A stretch of DNA of 64,000 nt from Candidatus Magasanikiibacteriota bacterium (GTDB taxonomy: Bacteria > Patescibacteriota > Patescibacteriia > Magasanikbacterales > UBA922). Location of the stretch: assembly GCA_052033375.1 (NCBI GenBank), contig JBPOJQ010000008.1, positions 1,185 through 65,184 on the forward strand. Reading direction: 5' to 3'. The notes below the pieces were generated by a model. That model was not told the origin of the DNA. It made no database searches and saw only the letters and a list, made by a program, of their open reading frames with translations. Within the stretch, counting starts at the first letter, position 1. Every line of letters starts with the position of its first letter. Positions 1-8,879 of this stretch are shown here, piece after piece. The translations under genes were made by a program, and so were the position numbers.

Positions 1-72
1 GTCACCGTATCGAAACGGTTTTTAATTGGGATGTCCAGTTGGAGAAAATGAAACCATGGATTGAATAACTAT

Positions 73-678
73 ATGCCAAAAATTCCTCTCCGCAAAGACG
101 AACAAATTGTTGCAGAAATTCGGCGTTTTGGGTTCACCTATCTGTGGCGCTGGGTCGGGGCACTCATACCATTTGCAGTCGCAGGAATATATATGTTCTG
201 GCTCATGCGTCAGGGAACTATCGGTATGATTGGTTTTTCGGCACTCATCCTGATCGGAGTTGCGGGATGTATTTCAAATTATGTCAGATTTCGAGGCACA
301 GTCCTTATTCTCACTAATTATCGAATTATTGATATTGCAAAGGATGGAATCACTGGGCGTACCATCTCAGAAGCAGAATTGGGAGATATTGAAGATGTAG
401 TCGTGAGACAGAGAGGGCTGTGGCGCATGATGATCAATTATGGGACGATTGAAATCAGGGTGCGAGATTCAAAAATACGGATTGACGTGGAGTATGTGCG
501 TCGTCCACAAGGAGTTCAAAGATTGATTAATGAATTAAAGAAACAAGTGAATGGTGGAGTATCACACCCCCGATTTTCAGTAGAAGATCTTCATAAAGGC
601 ATTACTGAGCTCGATACTGAAGACTTATTGTATATACGAAAAATTATTGATGCCCGTCTCAAGCAATTGAGGGGGTAG
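73..678 (+). CDS. Membrane protein with bacterial PH (bPH_2) domain
   Basis: Two N-terminal TM segments, then LTNYRII...IEDVVVRQRG...NYGTIEI typical of bPH_2; ATG at 73 preferred over TTG at 61. Confidence 0.75.
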   Translation: MPKIPLRKDEQIVAEIRRFGFTYLWRWVGALIPFAVAGIYMFWLMRQGTIGMIGFSALILIGVAGCISNYVRFRGTVLILTNYRIIDIAKDGITGRTISEAELGDIEDVVVRQRGLWRMMINYGTIEIRVRDSKIRIDVEYVRRPQGVQRLINELKKQVNGGVSHPRFSVEDLHKGITELDTEDLLYIRKIIDARLKQLRG

Positions 679-706
679 GTGTACTCGTGCTATACTAGAC
701 ATCACT

Positions 707-1126
707 ATGAGTCGGGAATCCTCGCGTGTACGGACATTTTTTGGGTCAAAATTTTTTTTAGGTTGTGCATTAGTGCTCACCCTTGCGTTTGCATTTGGAT
801 TTGCACGAGCATATTTCAAAGATTATGCGTTCCGGGAAGAAGTACGACGTCTGGAAAGTGAAATCAGTAAACTGGAAAAGAAAAAGTTGGAGTCTCTCGA
901 GCTACTCAAATATGTATCAAGTACCGCATATCTCGAAGATACTGCCCGGGTGGACCTGAATCTAAAAAAGCCAGGGGAACGAGTGCTGTTTATCGATCAG
1001 GGGGGTGTGGATGCAACTGATGTGGCAGATACCCGAGAGGGGGATTTCTCCAATGGACAAGAGATTTCAAATCCGCTAAAATGGTGGTATTATTTTATTC
1101 ACCGATCGCCCGATTCAGGGCATTAA
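707..1126 (+). CDS. Septum formation initiator family (FtsB/DivIC-like) protein
   Basis: Single TM, coiled coil, YLEDTARVDLNLKKPGE motif. Confidence 0.75.
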   Translation: MSRESSRVRTFFGSKFFLGCALVLTLAFAFGFARAYFKDYAFREEVRRLESEISKLEKKKLESLELLKYVSSTAYLEDTARVDLNLKKPGERVLFIDQGGVDATDVADTREGDFSNGQEISNPLKWWYYFIHRSPDSGH

Positions 1127-1142
1127 TCTAATCTATACAGAT

Positions 1143-2237
1143 ATGGAAGAAACTCCACGAATGGAAGAAGGGAATGTGTCACCCGCTCCCGTAGAAGAAA
1201 AAAAGGAATCTCGATCTTCAAAAGCGAGTACTCTGTTGGTCGCAGGACTAGCAGTCGCTGTTGTGGTCGGGGGGATCATATGGTATGTCGTCGGATTGCA
1301 AAGTGTACGCGGACTTTCTGAATCGTCATTTACGCTTACAACTGCGCGCATTTTCAAACTCCCTGTAGCCTCAGTGAATGGAGAAAAAGTACCCTATACC
1401 GAATATGTCGACAATCTCCAGGCCATGCGAACGTTTTATGATACAGAGACTGAGTTGGGGACACGTCCCACTGATGCTGAGATGTCTGACTATATTTTGA
1501 GTAGATTACTCGTGAATCATCTGGTAGAACAAGTGGCTGCTGAATTCTCTGTATCTCTCGAACAATCTGATATTGATGCAATAATTGATGCTAAATTACT
1601 TCCTAGTTTTGAGAGTAGAGAGAAGGCAGAGCAAGAAATTATGAGACGATACGGATGGACACTCGATGAATTCGTCCAAAATATTGTCGTACCAACTGAA
1701 CTCGAACAGAAATTGAGTACCGCGTATCTCGAGTCAGTGAAAAATCCTGCGGAAAAAGAGGCAATAAAAACGAAAGCGCAAGAAGTATTGGACCGGATAA
1801 AAAAAGGAGAATCATTTGAAAAACTTGCCAAAGAATTCAGCTCTGATAGTACAGCCGAAGTTGGAGGAGATCTCAAGTGGTTTGCAAAGGGTGCGATGGT
1901 GCCTGAATTTGAATCAGCGGTATTTGCACTCAAAAAAGGAGAACTTGCTGAAAATCTCGTAGAGACTAAATTCGGATATCACATTATCAGACTTGATGAC
2001 CGACGAACAGTGAAGGGTACAAATGGTGAAGATGTGGAACAAGTCCGAGCTCACCATATCTTATTTAAGACCAATGAGATGGATACGTCGAAATTCGGGT
2101 CCTACATGAATCAGCGCCTACTCTCTTCTGAAATTAAAGTGTCAAAAGGTCTTCGTAATCCATTCGAAGAGATGGGAAACTCAGCTGAAGTGCTCGAAAC
2201 CGAAGATACTCCTGTCACCACAACTACACTTGAATAA
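1143..2237 (+). CDS. SurA/PrsA-like parvulin peptidyl-prolyl isomerase
   Basis: N-terminal TM, SurA-N-like region, parvulin motifs SFEKLAKEFSSD, GGDLKWF, ETKFGYHII. Confidence 0.9.
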   Translation: MEETPRMEEGNVSPAPVEEKKESRSSKASTLLVAGLAVAVVVGGIIWYVVGLQSVRGLSESSFTLTTARIFKLPVASVNGEKVPYTEYVDNLQAMRTFYDTETELGTRPTDAEMSDYILSRLLVNHLVEQVAAEFSVSLEQSDIDAIIDAKLLPSFESREKAEQEIMRRYGWTLDEFVQNIVVPTELEQKLSTAYLESVKNPAEKEAIKTKAQEVLDRIKKGESFEKLAKEFSSDSTAEVGGDLKWFAKGAMVPEFESAVFALKKGELAENLVETKFGYHIIRLDDRRTVKGTNGEDVEQVRAHHILFKTNEMDTSKFGSYMNQRLLSSEIKVSKGLRNPFEEMGNSAEVLETEDTPVTTTTLE

Positions 2238-2256
2238 TGGTATTGAGTATTAGTAT

Positions 2257-2290
2257 CACAGTCCCGCCCCTTGCGAAGGGCGGGACTGTG
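2257..2290 (+). terminator. GC-rich hairpin between the PPIase gene and tRNA-Gly
   Basis: cacagtcccgccc-N8-gggcgggactgtg inverted repeat. Confidence 0.55.
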
Positions 2291-2294
2291 TTAC

Positions 2295-2368
2295 GCGGGA
2301 TTAGTATAATGGTATTATGCTGGCTTCCCAAGCCAGAGAAGCGAGTCCGATTCTCGTATCCCGCTCCA
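2295..2368 (+). tRNA. tRNA-Gly (CCC)
   Basis: Acceptor GCGGGAT/ATCCCGC, anticodon arm ctggc-ttCCCaa-gccag, encoded CCA; T-loop reads TCCGATT. Confidence 0.92.
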
Positions 2369-2375
2369 GAAAGTA

Positions 2376-3548
2376 ATGAGGTGGTTCTCTGTATTTATGA
2401 GTATGCGATTTCGAAGTGCATTATTTCATGTTTTGTATCGAGGGTTAGTAAAACCAATTTTTTTTGCACAAGATCCAGAGTCGATTCACGATCGAATGGG
2501 TATCGTCGGCGAGCGATTGGGGCGGAGTCGGATTGGGCGTGCACTCATTCGTATCTGCTTTGGCTACACGCATCATTCACTCGAGCAACATCTGTGGGGT
2601 ATGCATTTTTCAAATCCGGTGGGACTTGCTGCAGGATTTGATAAAGAGGGGACTATTCATAGCATTCTTCCGAGTCTGGGATTTGGCTTTGCAGAAGTCG
2701 GTACTGTCACCTTTGGTGCGTATGAGGGTAATCCGAAGCCACGACTCTATCGTCTTCCGAAGTCACACGGATTGGTAGTGTATTATGGTCTGAAGAATAG
2801 TGGAGCGCATGCAGTGGCAAAATATCTGAAAAACCAACCCAAAAAAATACCACAGATAATCTCGATAGGAAAAACGAATTGCAGTAGAACTGCTGATGAG
2901 GCGAAAGGTGTAGATGATTATCGAAGTGGTCTTGCTGTGTTTGAAGATGCGGGAGTGGGAGATGCCTACGAGCTGAATATCTCATGTCCAAATACGTTTG
3001 GAGGAGAACCATTCACTACTCCTGAAAAATTACGCAGACTACTGGAGACACTTGAAGTGCAAAAAAATTCAAAACCAATAATTTTAAAAATGCCCATCAA
3101 TCTGGATTGGGACGCATTTCGTGGACTACTCGATGTGGCAATACAATTCCGTGTGCATGCGGTAAATATTGGTAATTTGAATAAAGACAGGAATGATCCT
3201 GAGCTCAAAGAAAAAATTCCAACACATATCAAAGGTGCTCTCAGTGGCAAGCCTACGTGGGAGCGTTCAAATGATCTCATTTCACGGACATATGCATATT
3301 GTGGACAACGCATGGTAATTATTGGTACCGGGGGTATTTTTTCTGCCGCAGACGCGTATGAAAAAATAAAACGGGGTGCGTCACTAGTCGAATTGATCAC
3401 GGGTATGATTTATGAAGGCCCTCAATTGATTGGAGAGATTACACATGGTCTCGTGCACCTGCTCGCGCGTGATGGATATAGTCATATCAGTGAAGCGGTA
3501 GGAGCGTATCATCGGACAATGATTGACAAAATGCCCAAGAATAGCTAA
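2376..3548 (+). CDS. pyrD: Quinone-dependent (class 2) dihydroorotate dehydrogenase
   Basis: DPESIH N-terminus, NPVGLAAGFDK, GNPKPRLYRL, ELNISCPN, IIGTGGI; true start may be 2397/2403. Confidence 0.92.
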   Translation: MRWFSVFMSMRFRSALFHVLYRGLVKPIFFAQDPESIHDRMGIVGERLGRSRIGRALIRICFGYTHHSLEQHLWGMHFSNPVGLAAGFDKEGTIHSILPSLGFGFAEVGTVTFGAYEGNPKPRLYRLPKSHGLVVYYGLKNSGAHAVAKYLKNQPKKIPQIISIGKTNCSRTADEAKGVDDYRSGLAVFEDAGVGDAYELNISCPNTFGGEPFTTPEKLRRLLETLEVQKNSKPIILKMPINLDWDAFRGLLDVAIQFRVHAVNIGNLNKDRNDPELKEKIPTHIKGALSGKPTWERSNDLISRTYAYCGQRMVIIGTGGIFSAADAYEKIKRGASLVELITGMIYEGPQLIGEITHGLVHLLARDGYSHISEAVGAYHRTMIDKMPKNS

Positions 3549-3551
3549 AAT
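3523..3551 (+). promoter_or_regulatory. Sigma70-type promoter for tRNA-Thr
   Basis: TTGACA-N17-TAAAAT overlapping the pyrD 3' end. Confidence 0.75.
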
Positions 3552-3566
3552 TTAACAAAATTATGT

Positions 3567-3639
3567 GCCGATGTAGCTCAGCTGGTAGAGCGGCAGTATC
3601 GTAAACTGTAGGTCTCGGGTTCGATCCCCGACATCGGCT
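3567..3639 (+). tRNA. tRNA-Thr (CGT)
   Basis: GCCGATG/CATCGGC acceptor, tagctcagctggtagagc D-arm, anticodon loop atCGTaa, GGTTCGATCCC T-arm; CCA not encoded. Confidence 0.95.
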
Positions 3640-3651
3640 CTCGTAGTAACT

Positions 3652-4161
3652 ATGGAACATACATCTGAAGCCCCGACGAGTAGTCCTGAGTATCGGTGTG
3701 AGAAGTGTGGTAAATTATTGTTGAAAAAAAATCACGACCAGAATCATTTTGAAATCAAATGTCTGCGATGTGGCACACTGAACACGATCTTTTATGAGAT
3801 GAAAGAACAAGTGGTGATTACTGATCCAGCAGGACGTATCCTTTTTGTAAATGGAGAGGTTGAACGAGTCACAGGGTATCATGCACATGAAATTATCGGC
3901 AAAACTCCGAAATTGTGGGGGAATCAGATGTCACGAGCATTCTATGAGGAGTTGTGGAGAATTATTTCCATTGAAAAAAAATCACTCAAAGCAAAGGTTC
4001 TCAATAGACACAAATCTGGAAAAACTTATCATGCGTTATTGAGGATTTCACCTATTTTGAATACGGACGGCAGTATTCTTTTTTTTATTGGCATTGAGAG
4101 TAGGCTCGAAGATGAATTGGTAATGGGTGGAAGTAATTCCGTTCTTCCACAGATTGCCTAG
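3652..4161 (+). CDS. Com-like zinc ribbon fused to a PAS domain
   Basis: YRCEKCGKLL...EIKCLRCGTLN (2x CxxC, Mu Com pattern), then PAS VITDPAGRILFVN...TGY...IIGKTP...NRHKSG. Confidence 0.8.
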   Translation: MEHTSEAPTSSPEYRCEKCGKLLLKKNHDQNHFEIKCLRCGTLNTIFYEMKEQVVITDPAGRILFVNGEVERVTGYHAHEIIGKTPKLWGNQMSRAFYEELWRIISIEKKSLKAKVLNRHKSGKTYHALLRISPILNTDGSILFFIGIESRLEDELVMGGSNSVLPQIA

Positions 4162-4325
4162 AAAAATATTAGTAGACTCTCCATGGATAATGGTGGTATA
4201 CTCACCTAAACAAAATTCTCGGTGTAAGGGGAGAATGTACGCATATAGAAGCTCACTGAAGCTCAAACATGGAAAATCACTAGTGTTTGCTTTTATATAA
4301 TATTTATTTTGTAACGTACAATCAT

Positions 4326-4829
4326 ATGGGGGCACCATTACATGCGCAAGAAAAAGAACGTCTTGACGCAGTTCACAACATGCATATTTTGGATACACCA
4401 TCAGATCCTCTATATGATGCGCTGACGATTGAGGCAACCGAGCGATTGAGGGTGCCTATCTCTACCGTATCGATTCTCGACAAGAATCGCGAATGGTATA
4501 AGTCCTGTCAGGGATTGCCGATGCATGAAGGACCTCGTGATGTTGCGTTTTGTAGCTGGGCATTGTTATCAAAAAATATTTTTATTATCGAAGATACTCT
4601 AAATGATGATCGTTTCAAAGATAATCCATATGTGGTGGGTCCGCCCTATATTCGATTCTATGCAGGATTTGCGCTCATTGACACACAGAGTGGATTGCCT
4701 GTAGGAGTATTTTGTATCAAAGATACCAAACCGAGAAAATTATCCGTCGATGAAGTTGGAATATTGTTTGATTTGGCAAAAAAAGCAGAAGCATTGATTA
4801 ATAGTCAAAAAAAGCAGAGTAACGCGTAA
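4326..4829 (+). CDS. Stand-alone GAF domain protein
   Basis: ERLDAV..ILDT, AFCSWA, DDRFKDNPYVVGPPYIRFYAG, GVFCIKDTKPR. Confidence 0.85.
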   Translation: MGAPLHAQEKERLDAVHNMHILDTPSDPLYDALTIEATERLRVPISTVSILDKNREWYKSCQGLPMHEGPRDVAFCSWALLSKNIFIIEDTLNDDRFKDNPYVVGPPYIRFYAGFALIDTQSGLPVGVFCIKDTKPRKLSVDEVGILFDLAKKAEALINSQKKQSNA

Positions 4830-4831
4830 GA

Positions 4832-5749
4832 CTAGCTGAGTATCTCGTCGATATCAGCGGTCAATATTTTTTGCAGTAGTTCACGTACCAAACGTTCTCT
4901 TTTTCTGTGTCCCAATGCCTCAGACACATTGGATACAACACGAATAGTCAGAGGTAGGAGTATTTCCGACCGTATATGTTCTCTAGGATATTCTTCTTCA
5001 AATCGTCTAATGAAATAGGCAAGACTTTTTTGCGCGAATGAGACATCGGTGAGGCATGTGTATGTCTGTAGGAAGAAATATGCAATATCATAGTACCGCA
5101 TCGTGGATCGAGAAAATTCTGCATCAACGAGCGCAATTGTGTTTCCCTGGGACAAAAGCATGTTCCATAATACAAAATCATGGTGTTGAAATGCTCGTGT
5201 GATTTTGTATGAATCAATAATAGATTGTAGACGTGTAATCTCTCGAGAGGTGAGTATGGATGTGCCCGAGATTTTTGCGCGCTGCTCTATCTGCTCTTGA
5301 TAGTAGGCGATAGTGGGGGCTGGCTTCCGATGCTTCAAAAGATGCGGTACTGAGTTCAGGGGGATGTGTAGGTAAAAAGAGGAGATCTGATAGAGAGTTT
5401 CGAGTATCCCACGAGTAATATGCCGGTGTGCAAATGTGCGGTGATTTGCAAGTGGATGTCCTGGTATATATTCACATACCAAGATGGTATAGGCTTCTTT
5501 TTCAATAATTTGTGTACGCGGAATGTAGAGAGGGACTGTCAGTGGCTGTATATTTCGGATAAAAATATTAGCAGCATATTCTGTGTGCACAGTATCTCGT
5601 GTGTTTAGATGCGTGGAAATTTTTAGAAAATATACTACCCCGTTTCTTTCTGCAAGCAGGACATCGCTCCGGTCAGAATGTGTGATATATTTTTTTACCG
5701 AGAATGAGTTTTCTTTCAATATGGATATGAGAAGGGGGGTGGGTTTCAT
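4832..5749 (-). CDS. Aminoglycoside phosphotransferase / choline kinase-like protein
   Basis: YFLK, Brenner motif HHDFVLWN, LVDAE, YDIAYF. Confidence 0.7.
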   Translation of the reverse strand: MKPTPLLISILKENSFSVKKYITHSDRSDVLLAERNGVVYFLKISTHLNTRDTVHTEYAANIFIRNIQPLTVPLYIPRTQIIEKEAYTILVCEYIPGHPLANHRTFAHRHITRGILETLYQISSFYLHIPLNSVPHLLKHRKPAPTIAYYQEQIEQRAKISGTSILTSREITRLQSIIDSYKITRAFQHHDFVLWNMLLSQGNTIALVDAEFSRSTMRYYDIAYFFLQTYTCLTDVSFAQKSLAYFIRRFEEEYPREHIRSEILLPLTIRVVSNVSEALGHRKRERLVRELLQKILTADIDEILS

Positions 5750-5825
5750 AGGGATTTACACTTGCGCCTCAGTATAGCAGTGTGATAAATTTATGTAAAA
5801 TAGTATATCTAAATATAGGTGTTAT

Positions 5826-6695
5826 ATGAAAAAAGTATTGGTAATTGGAGCAGGGAAAATCGGAAGTGCGATTGGGCAGACGATTCAGCATGTAGGGCAT
5901 GAGGTGAATTGGTGGGATATCGATCAGAGCAAGATTACAGGCACCAAAACACTCGAAGAGCGGATAGTCGATGCAGAAGTAGTATTTCTTTGCATCCATT
6001 CATGGGTCATACGTGAGACGCTTGAGCGAGTGAAATCATACCTGCGATCAGATGCGATTATAGTATCTGTGGCAAAAGGGTTTGAAAAAGATACCATGAA
6101 GACGGCCGATCAAGTAGTCGAGGACGTATTACCAGATCATGCATTTGCATTTTTTGGTGGTCCTATGGTCGCTCCAGAGATTGCGGGGGGCAAATATGCA
6201 TTCGGTGCAATTGCGTCACGCTCTCCCGAAGTCTACAGCGTCATTGTGTCACTATTTGAAGGAAGTCGGGTATTGCTGAATTACAGTGATGATGTGCATG
6301 GGACAGTCCTCGCGGGTGTGCTAAAGAATGTCTATGCCATGGGATTGGGAATGCTCGATGAGCAAGGGATGGGGAGTAATGCACGGGGGTGGTATGCGAC
6401 CAAGGTGGTAGAAGAGATGGGTAGAGAAATTGAAGCATTGGGAGGAAAGAAAGAAACCGCCTATACTCTTGCAGGAATAGGTGATTTCATTGCTACAGGG
6501 ATGAGTGAGGATTCAAGACATCGAAGTGAAGGGCGGAGGATTGCAAAAGGAGAAGCACCGACCCAATGTGAGGGTGTAGTCTCGACTCCGACCGTCGTAC
6601 AATTATTGGGAGACATCAGCTCGTACCCGTTGCTCCATACGATTCATCATATCCTGCAAGGAAAACATGAATTATTAAGTGAGATTGTGAAATAA
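5826..6695 (+). CDS. gpsA: NAD(P)H-dependent glycerol-3-phosphate dehydrogenase
   Basis: GAGKIG Rossmann, SVAKG, GGP, LKNVYA, GIGDFIAT..SR. Confidence 0.85.
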   Translation: MKKVLVIGAGKIGSAIGQTIQHVGHEVNWWDIDQSKITGTKTLEERIVDAEVVFLCIHSWVIRETLERVKSYLRSDAIIVSVAKGFEKDTMKTADQVVEDVLPDHAFAFFGGPMVAPEIAGGKYAFGAIASRSPEVYSVIVSLFEGSRVLLNYSDDVHGTVLAGVLKNVYAMGLGMLDEQGMGSNARGWYATKVVEEMGREIEALGGKKETAYTLAGIGDFIATGMSEDSRHRSEGRRIAKGEAPTQCEGVVSTPTVVQLLGDISSYPLLHTIHHILQGKHELLSEIVK

Positions 6696-6771
6696 ATCTG
6701 GCGCGGTAAAGGTGAAAATTGTATGTGTATCACATGATATGCTATACTATATTTCACTTGTATAATTTTTT

Positions 6772-7452
6772 ATGATTACGCTCAAAAACGTAAGTAAACA
6801 ATATTCTCGCGATAGTATTGGGTTGCATGAGGTAAGTCTGCATATCGAACCAGGTGAATTTGTATCAATTGTAGGGCAGAGTGGTACCGGAAAAACAACA
6901 CTCGTGAAAATGCTTATTGCCGAAGAGCGTCCGACAGCAGGATCGATTGAAATTGGTGGATGGGATATTACCAAAATTTCATTGCATGATATTCCGTTGC
7001 TACGCCGACAAATCGGGGTTATTTTTCAGGATTTCAAATTATTACCAAAACGGACGGTGGAAGAAAATGTATCATTTGCCCTCGAAGTCGCAGGTGAGAA
7101 ACGAAAACGAATCGGCCAGATTGTGCCACGCGTATTGGAAATCGTAGGTTTGAAACACAAAGTCGATCGGTATCCGCATCAACTCTCCGGTGGGGAACAA
7201 CAGCGTGTTGCAATTGCGCGTTCGCTCGTACATCGACCAAAAATTCTCGTAGCAGACGAACCTACGGGAAATTTGGATTCAATCAATACACAAGAAATTA
7301 TTGAAATTTTAAAAAAAATAAATGAATTTGGTACGACAATCATGCTCGTGACCCACAATCGAGAAATTGTCAATCAGCTCCGTCGTCGTGTCGTCGTGCT
7401 CCATGATGGACGGGTGGTATCAGATGAGCGTGAAGGTAGATATCGAATTTAG
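6772..7452 (+). CDS. ftsE: Cell division ATP-binding protein FtsE
   Basis: GQSGTGKT, IGVIFQDFKLL, LSGGEQQRV, ADEPTGNLD; adjacent ftsX. Confidence 0.93.
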   Translation: MITLKNVSKQYSRDSIGLHEVSLHIEPGEFVSIVGQSGTGKTTLVKMLIAEERPTAGSIEIGGWDITKISLHDIPLLRRQIGVIFQDFKLLPKRTVEENVSFALEVAGEKRKRIGQIVPRVLEIVGLKHKVDRYPHQLSGGEQQRVAIARSLVHRPKILVADEPTGNLDSINTQEIIEILKKINEFGTTIMLVTHNREIVNQLRRRVVVLHDGRVVSDEREGRYRI

Positions 7453-7517
7453 TTCATAGCTAATAGCGAGAAAATCAAAAGGAGTGTGTATTTCCTATGC
7501 ATATAAGTATTTAATGT

Positions 7518-8423
7518 ATGTCCCTCGGCCGAATTATCAAATTTTCATTTCAGGATATTGTACGGAATATGAGTCTCTCATTCATGACCATACTCATTCT
7601 GATTCTTATGTTGCTCTCAATCAATACACTGATTATCGTCCGTGTATTGACCAACCAGTCTATCCAGTCGGTGAAAGACCAGATCGATGTGAGCATCTAT
7701 TTTGATCCGACGGCGAGTGATGAGAAAATTCAGGAGGTGCGCGATTTTGTAGCATCCCTTCCCGAAGTAGAAGAGGATCGGTATCTCACCAAAGAAGCGG
7801 TACTCGAAGAATTCAAAAAAACCTATTCAGGTAATACTGAAATTATTGATTCCCTAAATGAGCTGGGAGGAAATCCGCTCGGGTCTACATTGATTGTAAA
7901 GACAAAAGAGCCGAAAGATTATCAGACGATTATCTCAGCGCTGTCGGTACCCGAGTATGAGAGTATTATTGAGGCAAAGACGTTTGGGGATACAGAGACT
8001 GCAATTGACCGAATTCAGACGATTACCGTACAAGTCGAGCGATTCACCTATGCGCTTACTGCACTCTTTGCGATTATCGCTTTTGTGATTATATTCAACA
8101 CGATTCGGGTAGCTATTTATACACAGCGGGCAGAGATTGGAATCAAGCGATTAGTAGGCGCCACCAATTGGTTTATCAGCGGGCCCTATCTGGTAGAATC
8201 TTTTATTTTCACAGTCATTAGTATCGTCATTACCAGTGCCATTGCCTATTTCACACTGACCTTTCTCGACCCCTATATCAGCGTCATTTTTGAGTCACCA
8301 GCTATCTTGACAAATTACTTCACCTCGCATATACTTTTGCTGACTGGGGTGCAATTTGGGGCAGTATTTTTCCTCACATTGTTCTCAAGTATGCTTGCAA
8401 TGCGCAGGTATCTCAGGACTTAA
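7518..8423 (+). CDS. ftsX: Cell division permease FtsX
   Basis: 4-TM FtsX layout, NPL, IFNTIRVAI..EIGIKRLVGATNWFI..P. Confidence 0.93.
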   Translation: MSLGRIIKFSFQDIVRNMSLSFMTILILILMLLSINTLIIVRVLTNQSIQSVKDQIDVSIYFDPTASDEKIQEVRDFVASLPEVEEDRYLTKEAVLEEFKKTYSGNTEIIDSLNELGGNPLGSTLIVKTKEPKDYQTIISALSVPEYESIIEAKTFGDTETAIDRIQTITVQVERFTYALTALFAIIAFVIIFNTIRVAIYTQRAEIGIKRLVGATNWFISGPYLVESFIFTVISIVITSAIAYFTLTFLDPYISVIFESPAILTNYFTSHILLLTGVQFGAVFFLTLFSSMLAMRRYLRT

Positions 8424-8510
8424 TTGGAAGTCCTCACAATCTATACAGTCATAAAGTATATTGTATACTACTTTATGATCATGTGGACTTTTTACTTTCA
8501 AGTTAATTAT

Positions 8511-8581
8511 TCGGGGATCGTCTAATGGTAGGACTTTGGGTTTTGGTCCCAACTATCGGGGTTCGAATCCCTGTCCCCGAG
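8511..8581 (+). tRNA. tRNA-Gln (TTG)
   Basis: TCGGGGA/TCCCCGA acceptor, anticodon arm ttggg-ttTTGgt-cccaa, GGTTCGAATCC. Confidence 0.95.
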
Positions 8582-8582
8582 C

Positions 8583-8622
8583 TAAAAAAAGAATATAGCC
8601 AATTGGCTATATTCTTTTTTTA
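8583..8622. terminator. Bidirectional palindromic terminator after tRNA-Gln
   Basis: aaaaaaagaatatagccaattggctatattcttttttt perfect palindrome. Confidence 0.75.
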
Positions 8623-8752
8623 AGTCAGAGATAAAGAGGGATTCGAACGAGGGAAGGGTGAAACCGTGAGGTTTCACTGGACTGAGGAAAGCACACGAAA
8701 ACCCGAAGGTTTTCGTGATATTTTCGAATAGCGAAGCGCCCTGTCCCCGAGC
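8623..8752. repeat. tRNA-derived multi-hairpin element: inverted T-arm copy plus direct copy of the tRNA 3' end (att-like)
   Basis: agggattcgaac (8637-8648) is the reverse complement of the T-arm; ccctgtccccgagc 8739-8752 equals tRNA 8569-8582; internal hairpins. Confidence 0.7.
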
Positions 8753-8816
8753 AAGAGAGTTTGGTGAAAGTGGCCCGACTCTATCCGAAAACCGCCCTCA
8801 AAGGCGGTTTTTGATA

Positions 8817-8845
8817 TTGACTGAAAAAAGTTAGCAGTCTATAAT
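8817..8845 (+). promoter_or_regulatory. Sigma70 promoter of the CD-NTase operon
   Basis: TTGACT-N17-TATAAT. Confidence 0.8.
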
Positions 8846-8879
8846 TGAGAGTGATAATTTACATAAAAACAAAACAAAT

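Noticed and set aside
2237-2641. 134-aa ORF across tRNA-Gly
   Set aside because: Overlaps the tRNA and pyrD; no coding signature
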